From Thermodesulfobacteriota bacterium (GTDB lineage: Bacteria; Desulfobacterota_D; UBA1144; Nemesobacterales; UBA2774), in the NCBI GenBank assembly GCA_965216785.1, contig OZ244197.1, positions 1,888,001 through 1,952,000 of the forward strand: DNA of 64,000 nt, in the 5' to 3' direction. The notes under the pieces were generated by a model. It had not been told where the DNA came from and made no database searches. It saw only the letters and a list, made by a program, of their open reading frames with translations. Shown piece after piece: positions 22,138 to 32,938 of the stretch; the first letter of the stretch is position 1, and each line of letters starts with the position of its first letter. Made by a program: the position numbers and the translations under genes.

Positions 22138-24121
22138 ATATAAGCTGCACAGTTTTCTTCTTAATACCGAGCTTACTCATTCTGGTTCTTAAAGTATTAG
22201 GATTTATACCCAGCACCTTTGCGGCGCCTTTTTCACCGTGCACCTGCCACGAGGTCTGGTTAAGTATTCTGATAATATGGTCCCGCTCTATATCCTCCAG
22301 TCTTAGAGCACCGATTCTCCCGGTCTCGCTTTCAACAGGCGCGCTGATCAAGTTCTCGCTTACTTCAAGTGTATCTTCGGGGGAAAGAATTGCGGCTCTC
22401 TCAACAATATTCTCAAGCTCTCTGATATTACCTGGCCACGAATACCCCAGCAGTTTCTTAAGTGTTTTCTCTCCAATGTCTTTTAAGTTCTTGCCGATTT
22501 GGCTTGAGTACTTGTTCATAAAATATTTAGCCAGAAGCTCGATATCTTCTTTCCGCTCTCTTAGCGCGGGTACGGAAATAGGAAACACATTCAGCCTGTA
22601 ATAAAGGTCCGCGCGGAATTTCCCTTCTTCGACGGCTTTCTCAAGGTCTCTATTTGTTGCCGCAATAACCCTTACGTTCACGCTCAGAGTCTTTGTTCCC
22701 CCGACTCTTTCAAACTCCTTTTCCTGAAGCACTCTCAGAAGCTTTGCCTGAGAGTCGAGCGGAAGGTCTCCAAGCTCGTCGAGCATTATAGTGCCGCCGT
22801 CAGCAAGCTCGAATTTCCCTATTTTTTTTGTGAGCGCCCCTGTAAACGCTCCCTTTTCATGGCCGAACAGCTCGCTTTCGATAAGTCCCGCGGGTATGGC
22901 AGGGCAATTGACTTTAACGAGCGGGCGGCCGCTTCGCTTGCTCAGGCTGTGTATGGAGCGAGCGATGAGCTCTTTGCCCGTACCGGTCTCTCCCCTTATC
23001 AGAACTGTCGCGTCTGTCCCTGCTACCTTTTCCACCTTGTCCAGCACCTCCACGAGCGAAGTGCTCGCGCCTATGATCTCGTCAAAATTATGCTCGGTCT
23101 TTATTTCTTCTTTTAGATACACGCTTTCAGTTTCAAACCTTTTCTTGAGCTTACTTACTTCATCGAGCGCCTGCTCAAGCTCTGAGGCCTGTTTGGCGTT
23201 ACTGGTCGCGACCTCGATCTGGCGGGTGATAATCTCGAGCAAATCTATCTCGTCCTTATCGAAGGCCTCTTTTTCCATCGAGTAGATGTTGATGCACCCG
23301 ATGGTTTTATCCTTGTAATTTACCGGCATTGATAGTGAGCTCATTACACCGAGCCTCTTCGTCACGGGACTCATACGCGTATCGATATCCGAGTCCCGAA
23401 TGTACAAAGGCTCGCCGAAATTGAGCACGACCCACGTGTGGCACTCAGGTCCTTCGAGCACCCGCACTTGCCGTAAATAATTGTCAGGAATCCCCGCGTG
23501 GGACTTCAAAACAGCGTGCTCATTTTCAAGGATGTAGATCTCTATCGCATATACCTTATTTAAATTATTAGAAAGCGTATGGACAGCGTTGTCCAGAACG
23601 TCCTGGAGCTTAAGTGAGCCGTGTACGCTCTTTAGAACAGAAGTGACAATCTCTTCATAACTGTTTTTTTTGATCAGTTTCTCATTGCTTTCCTTAAGAG
23701 CTCGCTCCGCTTGCTTGCGCGCCGTGATGTCGAGCCACGTTCCCACTATCTCGCGTGGTCCGTCCTTGCCGTTTATCAGCACCGCTCGGTCAAGGAACCA
23801 GTGGTAAGTGCCGTCAGAGCATTTCCAGCGGTACTCTATCTCAAAACTGCCGTTTGCGATTACCTGCTCTACGTCGTCTATAATTCTATCTTTATCCTCA
23901 GGGTGGACACGAGAGTGCCAAAACTTTGTATCCTCGAGGAATATGGATGGCCCGAACCCTGTGACTTTCTTTATGTTCTCGCTAAGATAAACAGCTCCCA
24001 TGTCGCCGTGCGCTCTGGTTGCGTAAACGGCCATTGGGACCGAGCTCAGGATTAAGGACTGCCTTAGCTCTATCTCAGCTAAAGCCTTCTCCGATGTGTG
24101 ATTGGCTGCCATAATACCCAC
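22136..24121 (-). CDS. sigma54-dependent activator with PAS and GAF domains (FhlA-like)
   Basis: 'GETGTGKE', 'ESELFGHEKGAFTGA', 'WPGNIRELEN' and HTH; N-terminal PAS/PAC and GAF. Confidence 0.9.
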   Translation of the reverse strand: MGIMAANHTSEKALAEIELRQSLILSSVPMAVYATRAHGDMGAVYLSENIKKVTGFGPSIFLEDTKFWHSRVHPEDKDRIIDDVEQVIANGSFEIEYRWKCSDGTYHWFLDRAVLINGKDGPREIVGTWLDITARKQAERALKESNEKLIKKNSYEEIVTSVLKSVHGSLKLQDVLDNAVHTLSNNLNKVYAIEIYILENEHAVLKSHAGIPDNYLRQVRVLEGPECHTWVVLNFGEPLYIRDSDIDTRMSPVTKRLGVMSSLSMPVNYKDKTIGCINIYSMEKEAFDKDEIDLLEIITRQIEVATSNAKQASELEQALDEVSKLKKRFETESVYLKEEIKTEHNFDEIIGASTSLVEVLDKVEKVAGTDATVLIRGETGTGKELIARSIHSLSKRSGRPLVKVNCPAIPAGLIESELFGHEKGAFTGALTKKIGKFELADGGTIMLDELGDLPLDSQAKLLRVLQEKEFERVGGTKTLSVNVRVIAATNRDLEKAVEEGKFRADLYYRLNVFPISVPALRERKEDIELLAKYFMNKYSSQIGKNLKDIGEKTLKKLLGYSWPGNIRELENIVERAAILSPEDTLEVSENLISAPVESETGRIGALRLEDIERDHIIRILNQTSWQVHGEKGAAKVLGINPNTLRTRMSKLGIKKKTVQLI

Positions 24122-24259
24122 CTTTATAGGAACTGCCCGAAATTTTAGTTTCTAGATATTCCTATTAGATGTAATTGGCAGAGAAATGTATGCAGAATAA
24201 TTCCGTTTAAATTATTTATAAAGACGGAGTGTGGTGATTTATGTGCCGGGGACTACTGC

Positions 24260-24838
24260 CTATTGAATGGCCTTTAGTTTTTCTCTGGCGGTTTTTGCTG
24301 CTTTTGAGTTTGGATACTTATCGATAAGCGTATTGAAGAAGTACTTGGCTTCTTCTTTTCTTCCGAGGTTCATAAGCGACAGGCCCTGTCCCAGGTACGC
24401 GTTCGGGAGCCTGCTGTCCTTGGGGCTTGTGTCTATGAATTTTTGGTATTCCAGTATGGCGTCTTCGTAGTTACCTTTGCTGTAGCTTTCTGTAGCCAGA
24501 ATATAATCGTCTTTAGGAGGGTTGGGCGCTTTAGAGTCAGGGTTTTTCCCGTTTGCCGGGTCTGTATCCTCTGCTACTTTATCTATCTTACGTTTGAGCG
24601 TTATGTTCTTTTTCTGTATGGTTTCTATTTCTTCGGCGAGTAGGAGCTGGTTATTCTCGATCCTTTCGACATCCCGCGAGAGCGTACTCTGATCGGACTC
24701 GAGGCTCTCTATTAGACTATCCATCTTTTGCTCAAGCGCACTCTGTCTTTCCTGGAGCTCCGCAATCTGATCCGTATTGGTATAGCAGCCTGCTACAAAT
24801 AGGGTAAGTAATATTAGTATGGAGAGAAGTTTTTTCAT
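24260..24838 (-). CDS. CpoB/YbgF-like TPR lipoprotein
   Basis: Lipobox VAGC, coiled coil, C-terminal TPR 'Y..AI..YQKFI...P.S..A'. Confidence 0.7.
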   Translation of the reverse strand: MKKLLSILILLTLFVAGCYTNTDQIAELQERQSALEQKMDSLIESLESDQSTLSRDVERIENNQLLLAEEIETIQKKNITLKRKIDKVAEDTDPANGKNPDSKAPNPPKDDYILATESYSKGNYEDAILEYQKFIDTSPKDSRLPNAYLGQGLSLMNLGRKEEAKYFFNTLIDKYPNSKAAKTAREKLKAIQ

Positions 24839-25230
24839 ATCTGCAAATATAATACCTTATTCATGAGCGCTTATTACCTTTCATAAATACTTTACCCTAA
24901 TAATTTCGGGCTGCATACAAGTAGTGGTATATGAAACATAATACAGTGAATAGCTAAATTGGAAACTACCCCCATTCCTGCTTGTAGCGGAGTCTCGCTT
25001 ATACATGGCGAGAGGGGTATTTATTGTGTGATAGTACACAGTGATCTAATGTAAGTGCCTGAAGTTACTGGAGAGCCTAAACTTCGGATCAGCCTATTTC
25101 TCGGGGGCTGAGACGTCCTAAAACGACTGTAAAATTATTTATCATTAACCGAAAATATTGATATGAGTTGAGAAGAATAACAGGTAGAATTGGTATATCT
25201 GACATATATTGGCGTGAAGGTGCATAAGAA

Positions 25231-26511
25231 TTGAATCTAAGTAAACAGATTACACTCGGATACGCTTTGATGTTCCTTCTTATGCTGCTTATAAGCGGGC
25301 TCTCGATTTATAGTATCTACAATCTGGACAGGGCGGCATCGAATATCAAGGGACGGTACGCGACCTTGTCTAACCTATTGTCTGACAAAGGTGAGGGGGA
25401 GCAGGAACAGGGCTTTTTCGCGAACGAGATGCTTCTTGAGGCTGTTCAGATTTCGGACGAGCAGCTTAAGTATTCCTATATCCTCATTTTTACGGTCGTA
25501 GGCATTACACTGCTCTTCGGCATAGTGCTAACGGTATTTATCCCAAGAGTAATAACAAAACCCATTATGAACCTGTTTAATGCGGCGGAGTCTGTGGCGG
25601 GTGGTGATTACTCGGTCAGAGTAAAGAGCGCTCATTCCTCAAGCGAGATAAACACGCTGGTGAAGGCGTTTAACAACATGATAGACAACATCGACCGCAG
25701 CAGCAGCGAGCTTCAGAAGAAGAACGAGGAGATTCTCAAGCTGCTCGAGACCACAAAGAAGTTTAACGAAGTTCTTGAGTCAGAGATCGAGCAGGCTACG
25801 AGGGAGATAAAGGAGAAGCACAAGGAGCTTATAAAAAGTGAGAAGCTGGCTACCATAGGCGAGCTTGCCTCGGGTGTCGCGCACGAGGTCAGAAACCCGC
25901 TCTCGGGTATAGCGCTTGCTCTGGAGCTAATGCGAGACGAGACTAAGATCGAAGAGCACCGCCATACTATATCCGACATTCTTCAGGAAATAGTCAGGCT
26001 CGAGCGCATAGTAAAAGGGCTTTTCCAGCTCGGGCACCCAAAGAGCCTGAGCCTGATCGAGTGTGAGCCAAACGATATCGTCGAGAGGGCTCTAAGCCTC
26101 GTGAACATGAAAGCAAAAGCAAAAGGGGTGCTCATAGAAAAAGAGCTTACGTGTAATAAACAGTTTTGTGTGGACCATGAGCAGATTGAGCAGGTAGTTC
26201 TAAACCTCCTTATAAACGGAATTGAGGCAACGGACAGTTTTGGGAAAATAACGGTTATGACAAAGAGCGTAAACGGCTCGGTTGAAATCTCGGTATCTGA
26301 CACGGGATGCGGTTTCTCGGACGATGAGATAGAAAAGATACTCCAGCCGTTCTACTCTACAAAAGAGTCCGGTACAGGGCTCGGGCTGGCTATATCGAAC
26401 AGGATAATTGAGGCTCACAAGGGAAACTTCAATATCACAAGCAAACGGGGGGTCGGTTCGAAGTTCGTTGTGGAGATACCGCACGATCTACATGACAAAA
26501 TAAGCGGTTAA
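25231..26511 (+). CDS. HAMP-domain sensor histidine kinase
   Basis: 'AHEVRNPL', 'NLLING', 'DTGCG' and 'GTGLGL'. Confidence 0.9.
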   Translation: MNLSKQITLGYALMFLLMLLISGLSIYSIYNLDRAASNIKGRYATLSNLLSDKGEGEQEQGFFANEMLLEAVQISDEQLKYSYILIFTVVGITLLFGIVLTVFIPRVITKPIMNLFNAAESVAGGDYSVRVKSAHSSSEINTLVKAFNNMIDNIDRSSSELQKKNEEILKLLETTKKFNEVLESEIEQATREIKEKHKELIKSEKLATIGELASGVAHEVRNPLSGIALALELMRDETKIEEHRHTISDILQEIVRLERIVKGLFQLGHPKSLSLIECEPNDIVERALSLVNMKAKAKGVLIEKELTCNKQFCVDHEQIEQVVLNLLINGIEATDSFGKITVMTKSVNGSVEISVSDTGCGFSDDEIEKILQPFYSTKESGTGLGLAISNRIIEAHKGNFNITSKRGVGSKFVVEIPHDLHDKISG

Positions 26512-26595
26512 TTTACGCGGCCGGCGAAAACATAGGGTATTTTTATATGGTGTGTAATTTGGCACACATAATAATTTAAAAGGGACTAATGAGAA

Positions 26596-27969
26596 ATGAG
26601 TTCACTAATACTAATAATTGAAGACGAGAGGTTACTTTGTAAGCAGCTGCATAAGGCGCTTACTCAGGAAGGCTACTCTGTGATAACCTCTTTTGAGGGC
26701 AGCGAGGGGCTTGAGATCGCAAAAAAAGAAAACCCCGATCTGGTGCTGCTAGACCTAAAGCTTCCCGACCGCAATGGTCTCGAGGTGCTAAAAACATTTA
26801 CGAGCTTCGAGCAGTCTCCAACAACTATTATGATGACCGCTCACGGGAGCGTCGAAGTGGCGGTCTCCGCCATCAGGGACGGGGCGTACGATTTTATAGA
26901 AAAGCCATTCCCTCTGGATAAGCTGAAAGTCATGGTCAGAAACGCTCTCAGGACAACTGAGCTTAGGGACAGTTTGTCTGCTGTTGCGCACAGGGCTCAG
27001 GAAAAATACGGTTTTGACTCGCTAATAGGAACTAGCGAGCCGATTCAGGAAATTATTTACTTATTCAAAAGGCTCACTGAAACTGACCCGAAGACTATCC
27101 TGATATCCGGAGAGAGTGGAACAGGAAAGGGGCTTGCCGCAAAGATACTTCATTTTAACGGTATAAGGGGTGAAAAGCCCTTTATAGAGCTTAACTGCGC
27201 CGCCATACCCGAGACTCTTTTAGAGAGCGAGCTGTTCGGGCACGAGGCGGGAGCGTTTACCGACGCTAAGAAGCTCAAAAAAGGAATACTGGAGCAGGCG
27301 GACGGCGGTACCGTTTTCCTGGATGAAATAGGCGACATGAGTCTTTCGCTCCAGGCAAAGCTTGTAAAGGCGGTTGAGGAGCGCTCCTTCAGACGTTTGG
27401 GCGGCAATAGAGATATAAAAGTCGATCTCTGTGTTGTGGCGGCCACGAACCAGGACCTTAAAACGCTCGTTAAAAACGGAGACTTCAGAGAAGACCTCTA
27501 TCACCGTTTGAATGTAATAACTTTCGAGATGCCCGCGCTTAGGAACAGAATGGACGATATTATGGATCTCACCAAGCATTTCATAAGCTATTTCAACATC
27601 GATTTGAATAAGAACATAAAAGAGATACCCGAGGAAATAAGCACGACTTTCTACCAGTACAATTGGCCCGGCAATGTAAGAGAGCTCCGGAGCACTCTGG
27701 AAAGAGCGATACTGCTGAGTGAGGACTCGGTGCTCAACCCCAAGTACGTTAAGCTTGAGTATGACGAAAGTCTGAACGTTGAGAACTCGGATGAAAAGAT
27801 GGTAATCGACGTCCCGCTCGACGATGCCTCGCTTTACAAAATTGAAAAGAAGGTTATAACTAAAGCTCTTGAGTTAAACGACTGGAACCAGACAAGGACT
27901 GCCGATATGCTTGGTATTACACGCGAAGTATTGCGTTACAGGATGAAGAAATGGGGTCTCTTGAGCTGA
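26596..27969 (+). CDS. NtrC/AtoC-family sigma54 response regulator
   Basis: REC domain, 'GESGTGKG', 'GAFTDA' and HTH. Confidence 0.9.
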   Translation: MSSLILIIEDERLLCKQLHKALTQEGYSVITSFEGSEGLEIAKKENPDLVLLDLKLPDRNGLEVLKTFTSFEQSPTTIMMTAHGSVEVAVSAIRDGAYDFIEKPFPLDKLKVMVRNALRTTELRDSLSAVAHRAQEKYGFDSLIGTSEPIQEIIYLFKRLTETDPKTILISGESGTGKGLAAKILHFNGIRGEKPFIELNCAAIPETLLESELFGHEAGAFTDAKKLKKGILEQADGGTVFLDEIGDMSLSLQAKLVKAVEERSFRRLGGNRDIKVDLCVVAATNQDLKTLVKNGDFREDLYHRLNVITFEMPALRNRMDDIMDLTKHFISYFNIDLNKNIKEIPEEISTTFYQYNWPGNVRELRSTLERAILLSEDSVLNPKYVKLEYDESLNVENSDEKMVIDVPLDDASLYKIEKKVITKALELNDWNQTRTADMLGITREVLRYRMKKWGLLS

Positions 27970-27981
27970 TGGAGGTCCTCT

Positions 27982-29664
27982 TTGAACGCAGCCCTTCTGG
28001 CGGTAATTGTACTTGTACTCTACATACTGGGATACAGGTTCTACTCTAAATTCCTTGCCGATAAGATATTCCGCCTCTCTGACGACGAAGTAACTCCGGC
28101 GCATGAAAAAGAGGACGGTATTGACTTCGTCCCGACAAATAAACACGTACTTTTCGGCCATCATTTTGCGTCAATCGCGGGCGCGGCGCCGATAATCGGC
28201 CCGGCGATCGCTATCTTCTGGGGATGGGTCCCTGCGATACTGTGGGTAGTATTCGGCACTATTTTCATGGGGGCGGTGCATGATTTCAGCGCCTTGGTTA
28301 TCTCGGCCAGGGAAAAAGGGCGCTCCATCGGAGACCTGGCTGATAAGTTCATAAACGGGCGCGCCAGGACCCTTTTTTTACTCATTGTTTATTTCCTCAT
28401 ATTCTTCGTAATAGCTGTTTTCGCCTACGCAATAGCGGCTCTTTTCGTGGCATTTCCCTCTAGCGTGCTGCCTGTGAACTTTCAAATTATCGTTGCTGTG
28501 GCAATAGGCTTTTTATTCTATAAAAAAGGAGTGCCGATCCTCTGGCCCTCGATTATCGCCCTAATTACTCTTTACTTTATGATATGGCTCGGTACGAAAG
28601 TGCCGATCGAGCTCCCCGCGGTGATGGGCTCGCAGATCGTAACATGGATTATTCTTCTCCTGATTTATTCCTTTATCGCCTCAGTGCTTCCCGTGTGGAC
28701 GCTTCTTCAGCCGCGGGACTATATAAACGGCCATCAATTATTCCTCGGCCTCGGGCTGTTGTTCGCCGGGCTGTTAGTCGCGCGCCCAGAGATGCAGGCG
28801 CCCGCTTATAATGAGAACGCCCATGGGGGAGTGCCGATCTTCCCGTTTATCTTTGTAACTGTCGCCTGCGGGGCAATAAGCGGATTTCACGGGCTGGTGT
28901 CCAGCGGTACTACGTCTAAGCAGCTCGCGCGGATGAGGGACTCGCGAATGATCGGCTACGGAGGGATGCTGGGGGAAGGGCTTTTAGCGATGATAGCCAC
29001 TCTTGCAGTGGCAGCCGGGATACAAAGAACCGAGTGGCTTCAGCACTACCACACCTGGGAGGCCGCGGCGCAGGGGGGGATTAGCAACTTCGTGATCGGG
29101 GCATCCAGCTTTTTAAACGCCCTCGGCTTGCCCGAAGCGTTCAGCCAGACGTTAATTAGCGTTATCGTAATAAGCTTTGCGGCAACATCGCTCGATACCG
29201 CGACCAGGATACAGAGGCTTCTCATAGGAGAGCTTGGGAACTCTTATAAGATTGAGCCCCTCAAAAACCGATACGTCGGCGCTACATTGGCCGTAGTGCC
29301 CCCGCTCTTATTGGCGCTATTGGTAGATGCGCCCGGAAAGGGTGCGGGCTCTGGAGGTTTTTTACTCTGGCCGCTTTTCGGAGCCACAAACCAGCTCGTG
29401 GCCGGGCTTACGCTTCTTGTCGCCACTATATATCTTTGGAGACTCAAAAGACCCATTATTTATACCCTTATACCGATGGTTTTTTTGATTATAATGACGA
29501 TCGCCTCTATGGTTTGGAATTTTAAGGTGTTTGCGAATAACCCGCTTTTGCTTTTCCTTTCGGCCACTGTGCTCGCTCTGGCTGTGTGGCTCCTGCTCGA
29601 GGCCTATTTCGTATATTCGAGCCAGAAAAAGAGCGGGGAAGGGTTTATACAAGAGCCTGAGTAA
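27982..29664 (+). CDS. cstA: Carbon starvation protein A (peptide/pyruvate transporter)
   Basis: 'GHHFASIAGAAPIIGP', 'LLQPRDYIN', 'ACGAISGFH' and 'LWPLFGATNQL'. Confidence 0.9.
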   Translation: MNAALLAVIVLVLYILGYRFYSKFLADKIFRLSDDEVTPAHEKEDGIDFVPTNKHVLFGHHFASIAGAAPIIGPAIAIFWGWVPAILWVVFGTIFMGAVHDFSALVISAREKGRSIGDLADKFINGRARTLFLLIVYFLIFFVIAVFAYAIAALFVAFPSSVLPVNFQIIVAVAIGFLFYKKGVPILWPSIIALITLYFMIWLGTKVPIELPAVMGSQIVTWIILLLIYSFIASVLPVWTLLQPRDYINGHQLFLGLGLLFAGLLVARPEMQAPAYNENAHGGVPIFPFIFVTVACGAISGFHGLVSSGTTSKQLARMRDSRMIGYGGMLGEGLLAMIATLAVAAGIQRTEWLQHYHTWEAAAQGGISNFVIGASSFLNALGLPEAFSQTLISVIVISFAATSLDTATRIQRLLIGELGNSYKIEPLKNRYVGATLAVVPPLLLALLVDAPGKGAGSGGFLLWPLFGATNQLVAGLTLLVATIYLWRLKRPIIYTLIPMVFLIIMTIASMVWNFKVFANNPLLLFLSATVLALAVWLLLEAYFVYSSQKKSGEGFIQEPE

Positions 29665-29801
29665 AGCTGGCCAAAGCGCTTGCGTAAAATAATCTTGGCA
29701 CGAAAATAGAACCGATTCTGTCATAAGCCCGTATATACTTAACAAAGAGCAAAAATAGCTCCATTTTAAAGGCAGAGCGTCCTTACGAATAGGAGATTTA
29801 A

Positions 29802-30458
29802 ATGAGAAAATTACTTATAGTCCTGGCAGCGTTATTAGTTTTCGGGCAGGTGTACGAGCTTTTCGCGGGCTCGATTGACGAGACCGCCGAGATTGCAAAG
29901 AGGAAAGTAGCCAGGGAGAACGAGCACTATGAAAGGGCAATCTTCGCGGGCGGGTGTTTTTGGTGCGTGCAGCCACCCTACGATTACCAGGAAGGGGTGA
30001 TTACGACGACCGTAGGCTTTACAGGGGGCACTGAGGTAGACCCCACGTATAAAGAGGTTGCCTACGGTAAGACCTCGCACACCGAAGCAATTGAGGTGAT
30101 TTATAACCCTGATGTTGTGAGCTACGAAAAGCTTCTGGATATATTCTGGAGGAATATTAATCCTACCGACTCAGACGGGCAATTTGTAGACAGGGGCTCG
30201 CAGTACAGGCCCGGGATTTTCTACTTGAACGAAGAGCAGAAAAAGACCGCTCTCGAATCTAAAAAACACCTGGAGGAGTCCGGTCGCTTCGATATGCCCA
30301 TAGTGGTAGAGATTACTGAGGTCACACCGTTTTATGACGCCGAGGAGTATCATCAAAAATACTATCTGAAAAAGCCCGTGCATTATAAGACTTACAGGAT
30401 GGGTTCGGGAAGGGACAAGTTCATTAAAAAATATTGGGACGTGAGCGCTAAGAAGTGA
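29802..30458 (+). CDS. msrA: Exported peptide methionine sulfoxide reductase A
   Basis: 'FAGGCFWC' and 'AEEYHQKYY'; signal peptide. Confidence 0.92.
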   Translation: MRKLLIVLAALLVFGQVYELFAGSIDETAEIAKRKVARENEHYERAIFAGGCFWCVQPPYDYQEGVITTTVGFTGGTEVDPTYKEVAYGKTSHTEAIEVIYNPDVVSYEKLLDIFWRNINPTDSDGQFVDRGSQYRPGIFYLNEEQKKTALESKKHLEESGRFDMPIVVEITEVTPFYDAEEYHQKYYLKKPVHYKTYRMGSGRDKFIKKYWDVSAKK

Positions 30459-30477
30459 GTGTTTTTAAAGGAAGTTA

Positions 30478-30496
30478 CTTCGCTCGTAATGACAGA
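30478..30496. repeat. Partial REP-like element (cttcgctcgtaatgaca)
   Basis: Similar to the copies at 34527 and 57886. Confidence 0.4.
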
Positions 30497-30547
30497 CTGA
30501 TAAGCAGTATGAAAATAATGATATTTTAGGACTGACACCGTATAATA

Positions 30548-31087
30548 TTGTTGTTGCGAAAGATACTTCTCATACCTTTATTGCTAGCATCTCTTTACGG
30601 CTGCGGGGGGTCGAGCGAGCTTGGTTATGTGCTTGCAAACGACTCGTACCGCTGCGAGGAATTCGACGTCACCAAAGAGGAGATGCTTAATCTCCTGAAC
30701 CGGGCCCGGGCTTCGAGCCGGAACTGCGGTTATAAGATATTCACCCCGGCGGGGCGAGTAGCTTGGAATCCCACACTTGCCAGGGCGGCGCTGGCCCACT
30801 CTACCGAGATGGCTACAAAGGATTTTGTGAGCCATAAAGACCCCGACGGAAAAGATGTCTCGGACAGGGTTTCAGTCGTAGAGTACCAGTGGTCAACAGT
30901 GGGCGAGAATATATCTGCCGGGAGAGAAAACTCGGCCGAAGTCGTTTCAGCCTGGCTAAACAGTCCCGTTCACTGTGAGAACATTATGAACCGCACATTT
31001 ACAGAGATAGGGGCCGCGTGTTTTCATAATAAAGACACCAAGTACAAGACTTTCTGGACTGTGGTATTCGCCTCTCCCAAAAAATAG
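30548..31087 (+). CDS. CAP (SCP) domain lipoprotein
   Basis: Lipobox LYGC; 'HSTEMA...SH', 'GENI' and 'WLNSPVHCENIM'. Confidence 0.85.
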   Translation: MLLRKILLIPLLLASLYGCGGSSELGYVLANDSYRCEEFDVTKEEMLNLLNRARASSRNCGYKIFTPAGRVAWNPTLARAALAHSTEMATKDFVSHKDPDGKDVSDRVSVVEYQWSTVGENISAGRENSAEVVSAWLNSPVHCENIMNRTFTEIGAACFHNKDTKYKTFWTVVFASPKK

Positions 31088-31095
31088 CCCGTTTA

Positions 31096-31884
31096 CTATT
31101 CTTCAACAATAGCCACAGGCCTAACCCAGCCCGCGCTCGCGCCTATGATCTTTATGGGAGGGCACACTACCTTAAACCCGTAGGGCGGCAGTTTGTCCAG
31201 GTTTGTGAGCTTTTCTATCTGGCAGTACTCTTTTTCTATGCCAGCGAAATGCGCGCCCCAGATTACGCTTGCGTCCCGGGTTTTTTTAAACTCCTGCACC
31301 ATAGTCCAAAAAGGCCTGTCCCAGCCCGCGGAGTCTGTGCCCATGACCTTGACTCCCCGCTCACAAAGCCAAAGGGTCGACTGCTTGCCGAGGCCTGGAA
31401 AACGAGACCAGTAAGCCTCTGTGCCCCACAGTTTATCCGCTCCCGTCATCACGAGCACTATATCGAAGGGTTTAATTTCGTAGTCTATTTCCTCAAGGGC
31501 ATGCTCCAGGTCAGAGACGTCTATCAGCTCTCCCGCTTCTTTGTGCCTCATATCTATGACCACACCGTCTGAGTAGAACCACTCAATTGGAAGCTCGTCC
31601 ACAGTCTTGGCTTTCCTGCCCTCGGATTCGGGGTGATAGTGCCACGGCGCGTCCATGTGAGTGCCGACGTGAGTGCCCAGAGTGACGTACTCGTTCGCCC
31701 AGCCTAGTCCTTTGGGCAGATCATCCCTCTCGCACTCAAAGCGCATAGTCATATACTCCGCCGTGTCCTCGTGCGCTTCATAATCTATTTCCAGCTTCTG
31801 ATGCTCGGGGCCTGGGGCGGGCTCAATGGTTATGCTGAGATCAATTATTCGTTTGTTTTTGGGCATAGGCCTATTATATTTCAA
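31096..31884 (-). CDS. Cyclase family (kynurenine formamidase-like) metallohydrolase
   Basis: 'THVGTHMDAPWH' and 'IEKLTNLDKLP'. Confidence 0.85.
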   Translation of the reverse strand: MKYNRPMPKNKRIIDLSITIEPAPGPEHQKLEIDYEAHEDTAEYMTMRFECERDDLPKGLGWANEYVTLGTHVGTHMDAPWHYHPESEGRKAKTVDELPIEWFYSDGVVIDMRHKEAGELIDVSDLEHALEEIDYEIKPFDIVLVMTGADKLWGTEAYWSRFPGLGKQSTLWLCERGVKVMGTDSAGWDRPFWTMVQEFKKTRDASVIWGAHFAGIEKEYCQIEKLTNLDKLPPYGFKVVCPPIKIIGASAGWVRPVAIVEE

Positions 31885-31943
31885 TTAATATAGTTTTAAA
31901 AGATTGTGTGGTTACGCCATATCCGTAATACAGGCACAGGTAT

Positions 31944-32927
31944 ATGAGCGCTGGTAAAAAAATTAACCTAAGGCAATTGGGGCAATCGGACTTACTGCTT
32001 TCCTCAATTGGTCTCGGGTGTCTCCAGATGAGCCGGGGGAGCGGTATGTCCGGGATTATGTGGCCCACTCTAAGCATAGGAGAAGTGAGAGATATTGTAA
32101 AGGCTTCTATCACCGGCGGGATTAATTGGTTCGACACCGCGGAGCTCTACGGCTGGGGTGAATCTGAAAGGGCTCTGTCGAGCGCCATTGAATCCTTGAA
32201 CGTAGAGCGCGGCGGTATCACGGTCGCGACTAAATGGTGGCCGCTTTTCAGAACCTCCAGCTCTATCACATCTACAATTGATAAGAGGCTAGAGTGTCTC
32301 GGCGCGGAAACGATAGATCTATATCAGATACATAACCCGTATTCGTTTTCTTCTATAAGCTCGCAGATGAGAGCTATGGCGAGTCTTGTAGAGTCGGGGA
32401 AAGTTCAGAATATTGGTGTCAGCAATTTCTCTGCAAAGCAGATGCGCAAAGCGCACGCAGAGCTCTCAAAGCTCGGGCTTGCCCTCGTCTCAAACCAGGT
32501 TAAATATAGCCTTATCGACAGACGCATTGAGACGAACGGAGTGCTGGATACCGCCCGTGAGCTTGGAGTTTCGATAATCGCGTACTCGCCGCTCGGCAGA
32601 GGGCTATTGACCGGAAAATTTCACGATAAACCCGAGCTTATGAGGAAAAGGCACATAGTAAGGAGGTTCTACGCCTCGTTAAATCAAAGAAATATAAAGA
32701 CGACCTCCGCTCTAGTTGAAGCGCTTAAATCCGTATCGAAAAAATATCAGGTGACTCCCTCGCAGGCGGCTCTAAACTGGGTGATCAACTCAAACGGCGA
32801 CCAGGTATTCGCTATCCCCGGCGCTACAAAGACAGGTCAGGCTGAGGATAACGCGGCTAGTATGAAATTTGAACTCTCGCAGGACGACATGGACTATCTG
32901 TGTGAGATGTCAGCCCCTTTTAAATAG
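31944..32927 (+). CDS. Aldo/keto reductase
   Basis: 'FDTAELYG', 'DLYQIH', 'IGVSNF' and 'AYSPLGRG'. Confidence 0.9.
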   Translation: MSAGKKINLRQLGQSDLLLSSIGLGCLQMSRGSGMSGIMWPTLSIGEVRDIVKASITGGINWFDTAELYGWGESERALSSAIESLNVERGGITVATKWWPLFRTSSSITSTIDKRLECLGAETIDLYQIHNPYSFSSISSQMRAMASLVESGKVQNIGVSNFSAKQMRKAHAELSKLGLALVSNQVKYSLIDRRIETNGVLDTARELGVSIIAYSPLGRGLLTGKFHDKPELMRKRHIVRRFYASLNQRNIKTTSALVEALKSVSKKYQVTPSQAALNWVINSNGDQVFAIPGATKTGQAEDNAASMKFELSQDDMDYLCEMSAPFK

Positions 32928-32938
32928 GGTATTTCGAA

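Noticed and set aside
29695-29712. sigma54 promoter (TGGCACG) upstream of msrA, and a similar one at ~26560
   Set aside because: The -24 element is present but the -12 GC is missing at the required spacing.
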